Position numbers and translations under genes: made by a program | Shown here: positions 39,838 through 53,221 of the stretch, in pieces | Layout of the letters: every line of letters begins with the position of its first letter | Position numbering within the stretch: position 1 is the stretch's first letter | Source: Eledone cirrhosa | Lineage: Eukaryota | NCBI GenBank assembly: GCA_964016885.1 | Contig: OZ024742.1 | Span: 187,736,001 to 187,800,000, forward strand | Length of the DNA: 64,000 bases | Direction: 5' to 3' | The notes under the pieces: model-generated | What the model saw: the letters and a program-made list of their open reading frames with translations, nothing else | Database searches by the model: none | What the model was told of the DNA's origin: nothing

Positions 39838-40250
39838 CATATTTGTTTCGGTTGCTGAATACAATCAGGGGTCGCTGATTCTCCTGAAGGTCAATAGTTC
39901 TCTTCTAACTCGAGCGGGAGCGCGTTTCCATTGTGAATTTGCATTGATCTTCTGCAAAGCCACATTGTTCTCAGAACCACTACACCAGTCTTTCGATGCG
40001 TGCAGCTGGAACTACTGCTACCCATTGATTTGGCAGGAATTTCTTTTTTTTTTTAGATGGCCGTTGACACTTATGAGTTCTTCCACCCTTTGTCATGTTT
40101 TGTTTTTTGTCCTGCAGGGTCTCCAAAATCACTCCCTCACCAAGTAAACAAAGTGGGGTTGTCGGTTTAGTCACCGACAACCCGACCATGCGACAGATTG
40201 TACTGGGTTACATGCTACCAGTAGCACCCAAGAGTGACTTGACATTGACT
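39838..40250. repeat. Interspersed repeat, copy of 63415-63780 and partly of 56146-56295
   Basis: atatttgtttcggttgctgaatacaatcaggggtcgctg... shared. Confidence 0.85.
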
Positions 40251-40399
40251 AAAACCAATGTAGAATGAAAGGCATGAATAAAAACATATGACTGCTGTAG
40301 GCACTGATGCTCTCCATCTTCTTGCAGGGAGACAAAGAAAGACACAGGTACCGGAAAGGTAAAGCTACCGCAAAATCTTAGCCATCTCATACATGAGAC

Positions 40400-40820
40400 A
40401 TTTTATGTTCGGAAAAAATTATTCGGGAATCTATTTGTTGATGATGAGAGTTGTTCATGACCCGAGATACCAATGTAGCAATGAAACGATTAATAGAAAT
40501 AAAGATAGTTAATAAAAAGCAGAGGGAGACCACGGCACAAAAAATCATGCCCGCAAAGCCGTCTAACATCAGATTGGTCTCTATGAAAATCCTCTCATAA
40601 CAGTAAAGACAGCAATGGGGATTTGGTATAATCATGAAAGAAAATCCAGTGAACTTGCAAAGTTCATACTACATGAAATTATGAAAGGGGTGGGAGGAAG
40701 AAATGGATAGAAGATGAGATGGACTGACAGCTTTAAAGAATGGCCAGGTAAATTCTTAGCGGAGTCACAAGGTCTTGCAATCAAGGCTGATTCTAGAACT
40801 CCTATGTTTCTGGGCCCATG
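40400..40820 (+). mobile_element. RTE-BovB-like LINE 3' remnant
   Basis: LAKFILHEIMKGVGGRNG*KMRWTDSFKEWPG resembles the RTE C-terminus. Confidence 0.55.
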
Positions 40821-40925
40821 CAAGAATGCCATAATATTTTCGGATATTTAATACATACTAATAATGTGGAGAAATCTGAAAACTTAAGACATGCTTATCA
40901 ATATGTAAATAGAAACCTGCTTCTC

Positions 40926-41001
<76 letters not shown>

Positions 41002-41005
41002 ATAG

Positions 41006-41190
41006 TAGTTTCACAACAGTTAGTTCACCATATCGAGATGTTTCACCTTACGTAGCTCCTCAGCTGAGGATCGCATAAGGTGAAATATTTGTTCTCGATA
41101 TGGTGAACTAACTGTTGTGGAACTATTTCTATCAAACTCGTCCCATGGACAGATTGCTCTACTACTACGGCTATAATCCTCCAGTATTCT
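41006..41190. mobile_element. Fold-back pLTR fragment (family K), centre at 41063/41064 on the HHR core
   Basis: tcctcag|CTGAGGA..ggt-GAAA..GTT-ctcg; single-arm copy at 59598-59718. Confidence 0.7.
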
Positions 41191-41465
41191 ATTATATATA
41201 TATATATATGTGTATATATATATACGAAAATTGCAAATATATCAACATTGCAAACTTGACTGTCACCAGACATTATGAACCTGAAGATTGCGAATGCATG
41301 AAAGTACTTGTTCAATTAACACTTAACATTTAATATTCTATCATACTATTTCAATATAATACCATTATACATTTTAAAGGATTGTAAATAAAACGAGTAA
41401 ATCAGATAAACTTGGAATTCCTCTTATTAATATAATCTTCTATACACAATCATACACACCCGTGT

Positions 41466-41557
<92 letters not shown>

Positions 41558-41914
41558 ACTTGGGGGAGAGTCTGAGGTGTTTTGACCGGGGAGATCATTA
41601 ATGATGGGAGTACTCAATGCATATAGAGATGCAGAGTGGGTATAGACATATGTAATTCCCAACCTCGGTTCCAAGCGGTTTCGGTTAGTGTGTCAAAACG
41701 CACCAAAACCGCTTGGCGCCGCGGTAGGGGAGTTACACCTTTCTTTCTCCCTGTCTCTCTAATGATGGATCCTCCATCAGTTTCGATGATGATCATTCAG
41801 CTGTTCCACCATCTGAAGGCCCTGCTTGCAAATTAATGTGTAAATGATAGAGTATTATGCAGGAACTTTTACCCTTAATGTAATTCCCCAAGCAGAATTA
41901 CAGTGAGAATATGT

Positions 41915-42125
41915 GAAAAAGCTGCGCCTACAATTTACAGATATTGTACCCCTGACAGTGGGTACTTCTGGTGTCCTCGGCCCCAGGGCTACCTCCCTAC
42001 TCACCCTCATAGGCGCTGAGCTGGCCAGCCGCAGGTGTGAGCCCCGCGAGTTGGAGTTGCTTTTCCAGCGCGTCTCCCTTGCTGTCCTCCGCGGGAACGC
42101 CTTCTCCAACCTGTCCCCCGGGGCT
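41915..42125 (+). pseudogene. CRE-like (RLE) non-LTR retrotransposon C-terminus
   Basis: IVPLTVGTSGVLGPRATSLLTLIGAELASRRCEPRELELLFQRVSLAVLRGNA. Confidence 0.75.
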
Positions 42126-42319
42126 GTGTGTGTATGGGAGAGAGCATCGCGTAACATTCCATATTTAGGTATCCAGACTAATGGTTTTAAGGTTATATAT
42201 AATACTGAGCATGGCATATGTCATGAGATATTTTCAATATGAAAGTCGACACTCTATATTATTTATACAACGGTAAATTAATCCAAATGGCTTCTATAAT
42301 TTCCGTCTAAACCAGTTTC

Positions 42320-42450
42320 AGTCACAAGTCTTGGGTCACGTCCAGCCTAAGGTAGAAGACACTTGCCCAAGATGCCACAAAGTGCTATTGAACTCAAGGA
42401 CTCATGATCGTGAAGCGACTTTTTTTAACGACCCAGATAGATCTACGCCT
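42320..42450 (-). mobile_element. Old tRNA-SINE head
   Basis: revcomp ...gagttcaatagcactttgtggcatcttgggcaagtgtcttctacc. Confidence 0.6.
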
Positions 42451-42652
42451 TTAAGTATTAACTTTTTCGCGTGCGTGTGTGTATGTGGGAGGGGCGGTTC
42501 TCGCCGTATGCCAAAACCTGTACATCACGTGAATATCATCTGCGCGTTCTCACATCTAAAACATGGCGGCTAATGGCTAAATTTCCTTTTATATATTTGT
42601 GTTTGAGTGTGTGTGCGTGTGTGTGTGAATATATATATATAATATATATATT

Positions 42653-42716
<64 letters not shown>

Positions 42717-42844
42717 ACATATATATATATGTGTGTGTGTATACTCACACACAAACACAGATAAATTTAGATATATTTGTATTTCATTATGGCTTCAACT
42801 AATGTTAAAATCTACTGCTTCTTTCTTTCTATCCTTCTTTCAAG

Positions 42845-42884
<40 letters not shown>

Positions 42885-42961
42885 CATATATACACATATA
42901 TATACATGTATATATATACATATATATATATACATATCATGTACACACACAACACACACAC

Positions 42962-43052
<91 letters not shown>

Positions 43053-43261
43053 TAACCTTTTTGTTTTACGTTCAGCGCCCGCTTTTATATGAGACAAAAT
43101 CATAAAATAAATAAATGGTTTATGGTTAGTTTTTATTGAATATGTATTTGTGGTGTGTATGTATGTACTCCATATAACGATCTAGATTTCACCAGATTTC
43201 CCCTCTTGATAATGTTTATATCAAAGGATTCTTTTTCAATATTAAAGTATGTCAAAAGGAA

Positions 43262-43390
<129 letters not shown>

Positions 43391-43644
43391 GAATATAAAT
43401 ATTTGCTTATATAAGTTATTGATAGTTAAAAATGTATTTAAAGAAGCTTCATGAGCTAAATGTTGTTTGAGTGTTGATGTAAAAATCAAAGAAAATACGA
43501 CTATTTTCACACATATACATACCCTCCCCCCCACACATGTCTTTGTATGAATGAATATGTTGACTAAAAAACATATTTCAAATATATAAGTACACAAACC
43601 CAAGCAAAATACTGACATAAGTTTTTCTCTCTGAATATCTAAAT

Positions 43645-44075
43645 GCCTGTCTGTCTTTCTCTTTTTACAAACTCTCTCTTCCTACACACCCTTTCTCTGT
43701 CCTGCTCTCTCCTTTTCTCTCTTTCTTTCTCTCTCATTCTCTCTCTTTCTTCCTCTCTCTTATTCTCTCTCTCGTTCTTTCTTTATTTTTCTCTCTTTCT
43801 TTCTTTCTCTCTCGTTTTCTCCCTTTCTTTCTCTCTCGTTCTTTCTCTTTCTTTCTCTCATTCTCTCTCTCTCTCTCTCGCTCTCTCTCTCGTTCTCTCT
43901 CGTGTTCTTTCTCTCTCTCGTTCTCTCTCGCGTTCTCTCTCTCTCTATCGTGTTCTCTATCTCTCTCGTTTCCTCTCATGTTCTCTATCTCTCTCGTTCT
44001 CTCGCTCTCTCTCTCTAGTTCTCACTGTCTCTATTTCTCTCTCTCACTCTCTTCCCCTCTCTCTCGCGCTCTCTC
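43645..44075. repeat. Degenerate (CT)n polypyrimidine tract
   Basis: Direct reading; a similar tract lies at 50600-51147. Confidence 0.9.
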
Positions 44076-44238
44076 ATATATATATATATTCGCGTATGAT
44101 GGTATGTATGTATAAATAAAAGTATTTTGTTAATATACATATACACATACTCCAATGCAATACATACATGGGTAAGTCTCACCCACATTCTGTATATTCG
44201 TGTATGTGTACGTGCGTAACTATTTGTATCAGATAAAT

Positions 44239-44289
<51 letters not shown>

Positions 44290-44439
44290 GTGTGTGTGTG
44301 TGAGAGAGAGAGAGTGTGTGTGTGTGCTAGACAGGTAAATAATGAAATATCAGAAAATATATTTTATCTGGTTTGATGTTTATTAAGATATATGTACATA
44401 GTGAGATAGAAGGCTAGTGTTAGATTTAGATCGCATCAT

Positions 44440-45990
44440 CAATAAAGCTATATATGGTGGTGCCATACCCAAAGATTGGTGCAGCAGTATTCTCATAAAT
44501 TGCTACTAAGGTAAAGGGGATGCTCTGGAGAGGAGCAATTATAGGGGCAGACAGCTGATGGATCAGGTTATAAAAGTGGCAGAGAGAATATTAGCGCAAC
44601 TGATTAGAGAAAGGGTCACATTAGATGAGATGTAGTTTGGTTTTGTGACTCGGAAAAGTACAACAGATGCCCTCTTCTTAGTGAGACACCTACAAGAGAG
44701 GTTCTTAGAGAAGAATAAGCCACTATATTTAGCTTTTGTTGACCTAGAGAAGGCCTTTGATAGGGTACCCCGATCTGTAATTTGGTGGTCCTTAAGGGAA
44801 CTAGGTGTAGAAGAATGGCTTGTGAGAACAGTGCAAGCTATGTACAGAGGTGCTGTCAGTAAAGTGAGAGTAGGGATGTAGTTTAGTGAGGAATTCCAGA
44901 TACAAGTAGGTGCACATCAGGGTTCGGTCCTCAGCCCGCTCTTGTTCATTAGAGTCCTCCAAGCCATAACAGAGGAGTTTAAGACTGGATGCCCATGGGA
45001 ACTTCTCTATGCTGATGATCTGGTTCTTATAGCAGAATCAGTAGAGGAGCTAGAGAATAAATTCTGGCTATGGAAACAGCAGTTGGAATCAAGAGGACTG
45101 AGAGTGAACATAGCTAAGACAAAATTGTTGAGAAGTAGAAGAGAAGACAATACTCTGATGCCATCAGGGAAATGACCATGTTCGATATGTAGAAACGGAA
45201 CTGGCATAAATTCCAGAAAATGTACGCAACGCAGATCTTGGGTACACAAGAGATGTAGTGGGATAGCAGACAAACTAACAGGTAGGGAGAAATACGTATG
45301 TAGTAGATGTACAGGGAAAGTTGGCAATAGTAATCGCAGTGATAGATACATTTTTCCAGTTCAGGTGGTTTCTATAGAATTGGTTGATAGCTTCCGGTAC
45401 CTAGGTGATCTGATTAGAATGTTCCAAGGCCATAGTATCTAGAATAAGGACAGGTTGGAAGAAATTTAGGCAGCTGCTTCCTCTGTTGACAAAGAAGAGT
45501 TTCTCCCTGCGTACGAAAGGACGGTTATATGATGCCTGTTTTATATGCGCGATGCTGCATGGTAGTGAGACATGGGCAGCAACGGCAGAAGATATGCGAC
45601 GGCTGGACAAAAATGAAGCAAGCATGCTACGTTGGATGTGCAATGTCAATGTGCGTGAATGACCAAACATAGATGAGTTGAGAAAGAAACTGGGTATAAG
45701 AGGGATAAGTTGTGATGTGCAGGAGAGAATTCTGTGGTGGTATGGACATCTGATGCACATGGAGGATAATCGCTAGGTAAAGAAGTGCCAATAAATCCCA
45801 GTAGAAAGAAGACGCAGTAGAGGAAGACCACGAAAAGAATGGGCGGAGATGGTGAGAGCAGACCTCAGATCGCTGAAATTCACGAAGGAGATGACGAAGG
45901 ACCGTGACAAGTGCTGAATAGGACTCGTCCCACCCTTGCAAGCAGGGAAAAACGGACGTAAAATGATGATGATGATGATGATGATGATAT
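44440..45990 (+). mobile_element. 5'-truncated RTE-clade LINE (RT pseudogene) with (TGA)n tail
   Basis: STTDALFLVRHLQE, AFVDLEKAFDRVPR, HQGSVLSPLLF, LLYADDL, FRYLGD, MLHGSETW; multiple stops; 3' end gacgtaaaa(tga)n. Confidence 0.95.
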
Positions 45991-45996
45991 ATATAG

Positions 45997-46045
<49 letters not shown>

Positions 46046-46130
46046 CGTGTACGCACACACACATATATATATATATGTATATACAAATGTGTATACATGT
46101 ATATATATGTGTATATATATGTGTGTATAT

Positions 46131-46309
46131 ATAATTGTTTCTACTTTAGGCACAAGGCTAGCAATTATCCAGTGCATTACTGGTACTTTATTTTATCGAC
46201 CTCGTAAGGATGAAAGGCAAAGTCAACCTCGGCGGGATTTGAACTCAGATTGTAAAGGGACGTAACTATGCTTGAAAGCATGCCGTCCGACCCTCTACCG
46301 ATACTGCCA
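46131..46309 (-). mobile_element. MetaSINE-like SINE
   Basis: Consensus match. Confidence 0.9.
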
Positions 46310-46427
46310 TAATGTGTGTGTATATATATATATCTATATTTATATATATGTATATCTATATATCTATATCTATATAGATATATGTGTGTGTGTGTGTATA
46401 TATATATATGTATGTGGTTGTATATAA

Positions 46428-46473
<46 letters not shown>

Positions 46474-46493
46474 TTATTAAAATAACAGATTAA

Positions 46494-46543
46494 AGTTTAA
46501 GCAAAGAATCGTTGCTTTCACCCTTAACGGGATCTTCTGAAAT
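46494..46543 (-). ncRNA. HHR-like motif with CAGAAGA core (family M, second copy)
   Basis: revcomp ttt-CAGAAGA-tcccgttaagggt-GAAAGCAA..TTGCTT-aaa. Confidence 0.6.
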
Positions 46544-46999
46544 ATATATATATATATTACACACACACATGTGTGTGTGTGTTGGAAAGAGCGGAAGGCT
46601 TGTATAGATGAAGTGGTAGACAGGTAAGAAGATTGAGAATATGAGAAGGTATATTTCATCTGTTGTTTGAACTGGGAAATAATTATTCTATTGCCATATG
46701 CAGTCAATCAATCGCTGTTGATATAAAAATGTTATTCGGCTTCTTTTAATCAATGTAATTAAAAATAACCAATCAATCATATCTACAAACAAGCAAACAT
46801 CATTAGCGAAGCCTGCATTCATCAAATGGTTTGATGACAAGGTTACCGTATGACCTTTCTGTAGCAAAATATATCGTAACTACTTAGACTGTTAATAATT
46901 CGCAGCTGTGTAGGAGACTGATAAATATAGACTGATAAAGACAGCTAGACAGATAAGCAGACCGTTAATTCTTTAATAATAATAATAATAATAATATAT

Positions 47000-47029
<30 letters not shown>

Positions 47030-47032
<3 letters not shown>

Positions 47033-47245
47033 AGCAAAAGGGTCATTTAATTTGTTGGTAATTCAACAAATATAAATGTTTATAACTGATTCGAAGCACT
47101 CGAAAAGTTTTCTGGGGAATAATATTCGATGATATTAAATAAATGGAAACTATATTTATGAAACCATATTTATTCTATTATATATATTTCAAGGGTACGA
47201 AAACTTTGGTACGCTCTCATCAGATAAAATACAAAGTTTGTATAC
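47030..47245 (-). mobile_element. pLTR fragment (family B) with HHR at 47173-47230
   Basis: revcomp ttat-CTGATGA-gagc gtacc aaagtttt cgtac cctt-GAAAT-atat-ATA-atag. Confidence 0.8.
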
Positions 47246-47280
47246 ATACAACACTGAATCTTTGTTCCTTTATTCTTATA

Positions 47281-47336
<56 letters not shown>

Positions 47337-47415
47337 GAAAGATTAATGTGGTTCGATGATGACTCAACGAATACAGTTTTACAATAGATTAGAAGTACCC
47401 ATCAAAGAAAAATAA

Positions 47416-47545
47416 CAAAATATATGATTTGATATATAACATACCGCTACGGTCTTGATTATTCAATTCCCGTATTGACTGCCAATACGGGAATTGAATA
47501 ATCAAGACCGTAGCGGTATGTTATATATCAAATCATATATTTTGT
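47416..47545. repeat. Perfect ~63-bp-arm hairpin abutting an HHR
   Basis: acaaaatatatg...cccgtattg-actgc-caatacggg...catatattttgt. Confidence 0.9.
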
Positions 47546-47600
47546 CTGATGAGGACGTACTGAAAAAACAACACAGTACCTTTGAAATATATATAATAAA
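47540..47600 (+). ncRNA. Hammerhead ribozyme (family C)
   Basis: tttgt-CTGATGA-gg ac gtactg..cagtac cttt-GAAAT-atat-ATA-ataaa. Confidence 0.8.
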
Positions 47601-47662
47601 GTATTTATTTTGATTATGCGAATATTTTTCATTTGTTAACATTTTGAATTATATATATATAT

Positions 47663-47777
47663 AGTTTTAATATAGATGAGATTCTACAGGACTAGAACTG
47701 TTTCATTCTTTATAAATCATCGATTTCTAAAGAATGAAACAGTTCTAGTCCTGTAGAATCTCATCTATATTAAAACT
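47663..47777. repeat. Near-perfect ~55-bp-arm hairpin containing an HHR 3' half (GAAAC-a-GTT-ctag)
   Basis: agttttaatatagatgagattctacaggactagaactgtttcattcttta / taaagaatgaaacagttctagtcctgtagaatctcatctatattaaaact. Confidence 0.85.
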
Positions 47778-47846
47778 TTTATACTCTGCAATGTATTGAG
47801 TACCTTACTTACTGTGGTTACCTCCGATTCAACCCGGAATAACGTA

Positions 47847-47946
<100 letters not shown>

Positions 47947-48598
47947 TTCGTGTTTTCAAGTATTGTACTTCTTTTTTTTCCAGCTGTTTTTCTCAAATGC
48001 TAGATCACAACCCATACAGACACGAGGAGCACACACACACACACATCATTATTGTCTGACAACTGGCCACCCCTTATTAGGCCACCATTGAGTGAATCAT
48101 TTCCATCCAAGACCATCATATCTATTTGTTAGTCACTGCATGTCTAAGATATTAGTGAACCAACAGAAGGAGCTTTGATTGCTATTTCTAGCTGGTCATG
48201 GATTCCATTTGGAAACTTCATTCATGGCTTGTAATTGCTGCTTGCTGATTATATGTGATGGCGCCGATGATATCAGAGTCTTAATTAGTGTTATTGCTAA
48301 TTATTGCGAACTGTGAATATCATCACCAGAAGAGCACCATATGACACGATCCGTTCCTCACATTTAACCACATATATTTACTCTGTTCCGATGCCGTAAG
48401 GACTAATTTTGCTTTGTAGACCACTCTACCTTTTCTCCCGTTACTACAGTGGGCAACATGAAGAATTGTGGCCTAATCTTTGCAGAGTTGGGTAACATTT
48501 TGAGTTCCATTCCCAGACTGGGTAACACGTTAATTCGGTTCACTCAGTTAAAGTTATTATCAATAATGGCTTATGATTGAGAGGTGACCGGTGTTTCA

Positions 48599-48766
48599 CA
48601 GTATTTCCCGGCGTCGAAGACCCTACTTTTTTCGTAAAATAAGGTTCAAAAATCCACCATACATCCTGTGGGCCAAAGGAGTATATATATTATTTTTCAA
48701 ATTTTTGGTTGTCAAAATTATGGTGCGTCCTTAAGGAAGAAGCGTCTTCGGCGCCGGGAAATACGA
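48599..48766. mobile_element. Pogo/Tc2-like MITE
   Basis: TIRs gtatttcccggcgtcgaagac / gtcttcggcgccgggaaatac. Confidence 0.8.
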
Positions 48767-49099
48767 TAATCTCAATCTCTTAACGCCAATGAAAGCTGCT
48801 TAAACTTCAAGCTCGTGTAAAGTATGGACAAACGGTTGTAAAGATGGTGACCTCCTGTATCAACATATTCATTTATCTCCACCCGATTCCATACTCATCT
48901 TTGTCCCACTGGTTATCCATAATATCTGTATATTCATGCCTCTCACCAAACATTCTTTCAAATTTCCCCACCGTCCATGTTTATTCTTGCACCCATCACA
49001 GTTTAGTTGACCAAGAGGAAGAAGATCTGTTTGAATGTCCCCTGTTTTCAAGGGTGTAAAATAGCCATGGGCGCAACTTCTCGAGTAAAATATTATAAT

Positions 49100-49322
49100 A
49101 ACAATATTGATGATGATAATGATGTATAGGTGAATGTAGAAAATAATGATGATGATGATAATGATGAGGTTGGAGAGGAAGTGTAAGAGAAGTAGAGATA
49201 AGATGATGATGACGATGATTGCTATTATGAAGAAGATGATTGATATGATCAGGATGATGATTGATATGATGATGAGGGTGTTTATGTCAATGACGACGAT
49301 GATTGATATGATGACAACGATG
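49100..49322. repeat. Degenerate (GAT)n tract
   Basis: Direct reading. Confidence 0.85.
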
Positions 49323-49744
49323 CCAAATCGAAACGTTTACTAGTTTACGTGAAGATTTAAAGCAGGTAGCGTTTGCAGTCGAGAAAAGCCAAAATGGACA
49401 GAAAGAAAATATCTAATTTAATCGATATTTGTTATTCAATATATATCGATGTACTCGGTTTCGGATTATTTGTTTCATGTCCGTAAAGATCAATGAATAA
49501 AACTGAAAAATTTATAAAAGAAAATTAAATTTGAGATACATCTATATTGGAGCCGAAAAGAGTTATAGACACTAGGAAATAATCGTCAATTTTACTATGC
49601 TTCCATAGCTTCTATTTTAGAGCCATTCCCATAGGACAAAGATGCTGAAAACCACATCAATAAACGGATTCGAACTTCGAAATTTTTATATTGATATCCA
49701 ATATTGTATTAAGTAATGAATGATATCCAATATTTTATACACAG

Positions 49745-50095
49745 ATGCGTATATGGTTGAGTGGTTAGAAAGTTCGCTTCAAAATTATGAGACAATGAAT
49801 TCGGACGTACTGAGTGGAATCTTAGGCAAGTGTCTTTACCACAGCCTCTGATCAAACAAATACTTGAGTGGAAGGAATTAGGAAGAAGGAAAACGATTGA
49901 AAATTATAGAATGGACCAAACATTCAAAGGTCTAGCACTGCCAAACTTTGTGTAGCATTAATGTTGTTTGCTAAATTACATTAAGTGTACAGATGGCTTT
50001 AGAAAACCCAACTACACACGCGTTTACTGATCGAGTTGGACGTTTAGCTTATTGAATAACGATGTGCTCATCGACGAGACTGACGGAAGATGTAA
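49745..50095 (+). mobile_element. Old tRNA-derived SINE
   Basis: atggttgagtggttagaaagttcgc...cttaggcaagtgtcttt. Confidence 0.55.
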
Positions 50096-50602
50096 CAACT
50101 AATGTTACTAGTGGCCCTCAGTATGTCGTCTGTTCAGGTAATGAAGTAATCTTAGTAAAATGTTTAACATGTATGTTTTTCTCTCTGATCAATGAAGTTT
50201 ACCATTCTTGATATTATTTCCAATGTATTCTTACTACAGCCCTGCAGGCTGGCCAATTCCGACATCTTCCAATTACTTCCACTCATATATAACATAATGT
50301 ACAGATAGAATTAGCTCTGTACTTAAACATACAACATATGCCGCAACACTATATATACGTAAATATATGTGTGTGTGTATATATACATATATATATATAT
50401 ATATTTATGCACACACACACGCACTCATACTTTATTCTTTTACTGATTTATGTCATAAGACTGAGGTCATGCTGGGGCAACATCTTGATTTAGTCGATCA
50501 TATCGATTTTCGTCGAGTCTAGTACTTTTATATGGATCTCATATTTTTCGAAATGCTAAATCACGGTATATAAACGGGGGACAGATAACAGACTCACTCA
50601 CT

Positions 50603-50715
<113 letters not shown>

Positions 50716-50922
50716 GCTCCCTGTCTGTCTCCCTCGCTCTCTCGCTCTCTGTTTGTCTCTCTCTCTCTCGCTCTCTGATTCTCTCTCTCGCTCTTGCTCT
50801 CTCTCTCTCTCTCGCTCTCTGACTGTCTCTCTCTCTCTCTATCTCGCTCTCTGATTCTCTCTCTCGATCTCTGACTGTCTGTCTCCCTTTCTCATTCTCG
50901 GATTCTCTCTCTCGTTTTCAGA

Positions 50923-50974
<52 letters not shown>

Positions 50975-51526
50975 CTGACTCTCTCACTCTCTCTCTGTTT
51001 CTTTCTCTCTCTCTGACACACTCACACTCTCTCTCTCGCTCTCTGACTCACTCTCTAGCTCTTACTCTCTCTGTGACTCTGTCAACCTCAAACACACTCT
51101 TTTTCTCTTTCGCCTAGCGCCTCGCTTGTTCTCTCTCTCTCTCTCCTGCACATATACATACACACACCAGTTAAATACATTGCTGTTACTTGCAATTTGT
51201 CGAGTTGAACAATCATCTGAATATCAGATATATCTTGAATATATTTTTATACTCTGAACAAGCCTAACATTTCTACTGTAAAAGACAGAAAACTGCACTA
51301 GAGAAAGTACAATGGACAGCAATTACGTTTATACGTACTGTATTAATACAGCTACACACACTGTCGCCCAGCCATATATATATACATATTGTGTGTGGTA
51401 CATACACTACACACAAAAATAAAACTGGCGCTCACTGAAACTTAGAAAAATTAAATTAGGATATAGACGTAGAAAGACACATGGAATATATCATCATAAA
51501 TATATACCATTATTATATGCTCAGAT

Positions 51527-52105
51527 GGGCGGTGGATTGGCAGTATCGGTAGAGAGTCGGACGCCATGCTTTCCAGCATAGTTACGTCCCTTTACGATCT
51601 GAGTTCAAATCCCGCCGAGGTTGACTTTGCCTTTCATCCTTACGGGGTCGATAAAATAAAGTACCAGTAATGCACTGGGTAATTGCTGGCCTTGTGCCTA
51701 AAGTAGAAACAATTATTATATGCTCAGTATAGGTAGAGGGTCGGACGCCATGCTTTCCAGCATAGTTACGTCCCTTTACGGCTTGAGTTCAAATCCCGGC
51801 GAGGTTAACTTTGCCTTTCATCCTAACGGGGTCGATAAAATAAAGTACCAGTAATGCACTGGATAATTGCTGACCTTGTGCCTAAAAATTAAAACAATTA
51901 TTATATATTAGAGGGTGGATTGACAATGTCGGTAGAGTGTGCGGACGCTATGCTTTGACGCATAGAGTTACGGCCCTTGCCATTCTGAGTTCGAATTCTG
52001 CCGAGGTTAACTTTGCCTTTCATTCTTACGGGGTCGATAAAATAAAGTACCAGTAATACACTGGATTAATTGCTGGCCTTGTGCCAAAAAGTAGAAACAC
52101 TTATT
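51527..52105 (+). mobile_element. Three head-to-tail MetaSINE-like copies (51527-51718, 51724-51905, 51912-52105)
   Basis: Three consensus matches; the first has TSD attattatatgctcag, and the third is a different subfamily (gcccttgccattctgag). Confidence 0.93.
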
Positions 52106-52940
52106 ATTTGTTGATACAGAATCGAAGATCTCATCGAGACACGTAGTTAAACACACAGACGCACACGCACACGCACGCAGACACGCACGCACACACACAC
52201 ACATATATATATATATATTTATATACATATACATACACACATATATATATATATATATATACACACACATATATATACACACACACATACATATATACAG
52301 ACATAAATACATACAAAGACACGTATACAGAAACACGCATGCAGAAGCCCACATACACACACACAAACACACACATGTACAAGCACATAAACACATACAC
52401 ACATATACAAGCGCATAAACACATATACACATACACACATAAACACATATATAAACACTCGCTACACACACATTGATAAACATCCACTCTCACACACACA
52501 CACACACACACATTGATAAACATCCACTCTCACACACACACACACACATAAACACCCACAAATAAGCACCGGAACACACACTCACACATACACTTATACA
52601 TACATACATACATAAACGGCCATATACGCACACAAGCACACTTACATGGAGCTAACACGTGTAGCAACACATATTTACACACAAATACTAGACATCCCAT
52701 TTCAATGTCTATATTTACTAGGAATATCAATTATATTACCTCTATTATGACTTTTAAGCAGAGGTTGGCTATGGAGCTGATACAGTTGATAAGATGGCTG
52801 TGAATTATGGCGCTGAGGTCATTACTTATTTCTCTCTGGTTCAACACACATCTATATCTATATATATTTACGTGGCTATTCATAGATTTCTCTAATATCA
52901 AGTATATTATTGTATTTTAGTTAGAGAGAGACACACAAAC

Positions 52941-53098
52941 CTAATGTTAGCTTTGATAATGTCTGTTACTTGGTTGAGCTTATTGTAATGTGGGGTTACT
53001 GTGTTAGTGGGGCTAGTCTTAGTGTTGCTGTTGACGGCGCTGATGGTGCTGGTGGTGGTTGTGTCGGCGCTCCTGCTTCCGCTAAGTATTCCATCAAT
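52941..53098 (-). other. Candidate 158-nt coding exon (Ser/Thr-rich)
   Basis: ttccttcgttatag acceptor, AG|GTTTGT donor, open frame IDGILSGSRSADTTTTSTISAVNSNTKTSPTNTVTPHYNKLNQVTDIIKANI. Confidence 0.4.
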
Positions 53099-53144
53099 CT
53101 ATAACGAAGGAATGTCAAAACTGATTTGTGTGCGCTTGTGTGTA

Positions 53145-53221
<77 letters not shown>

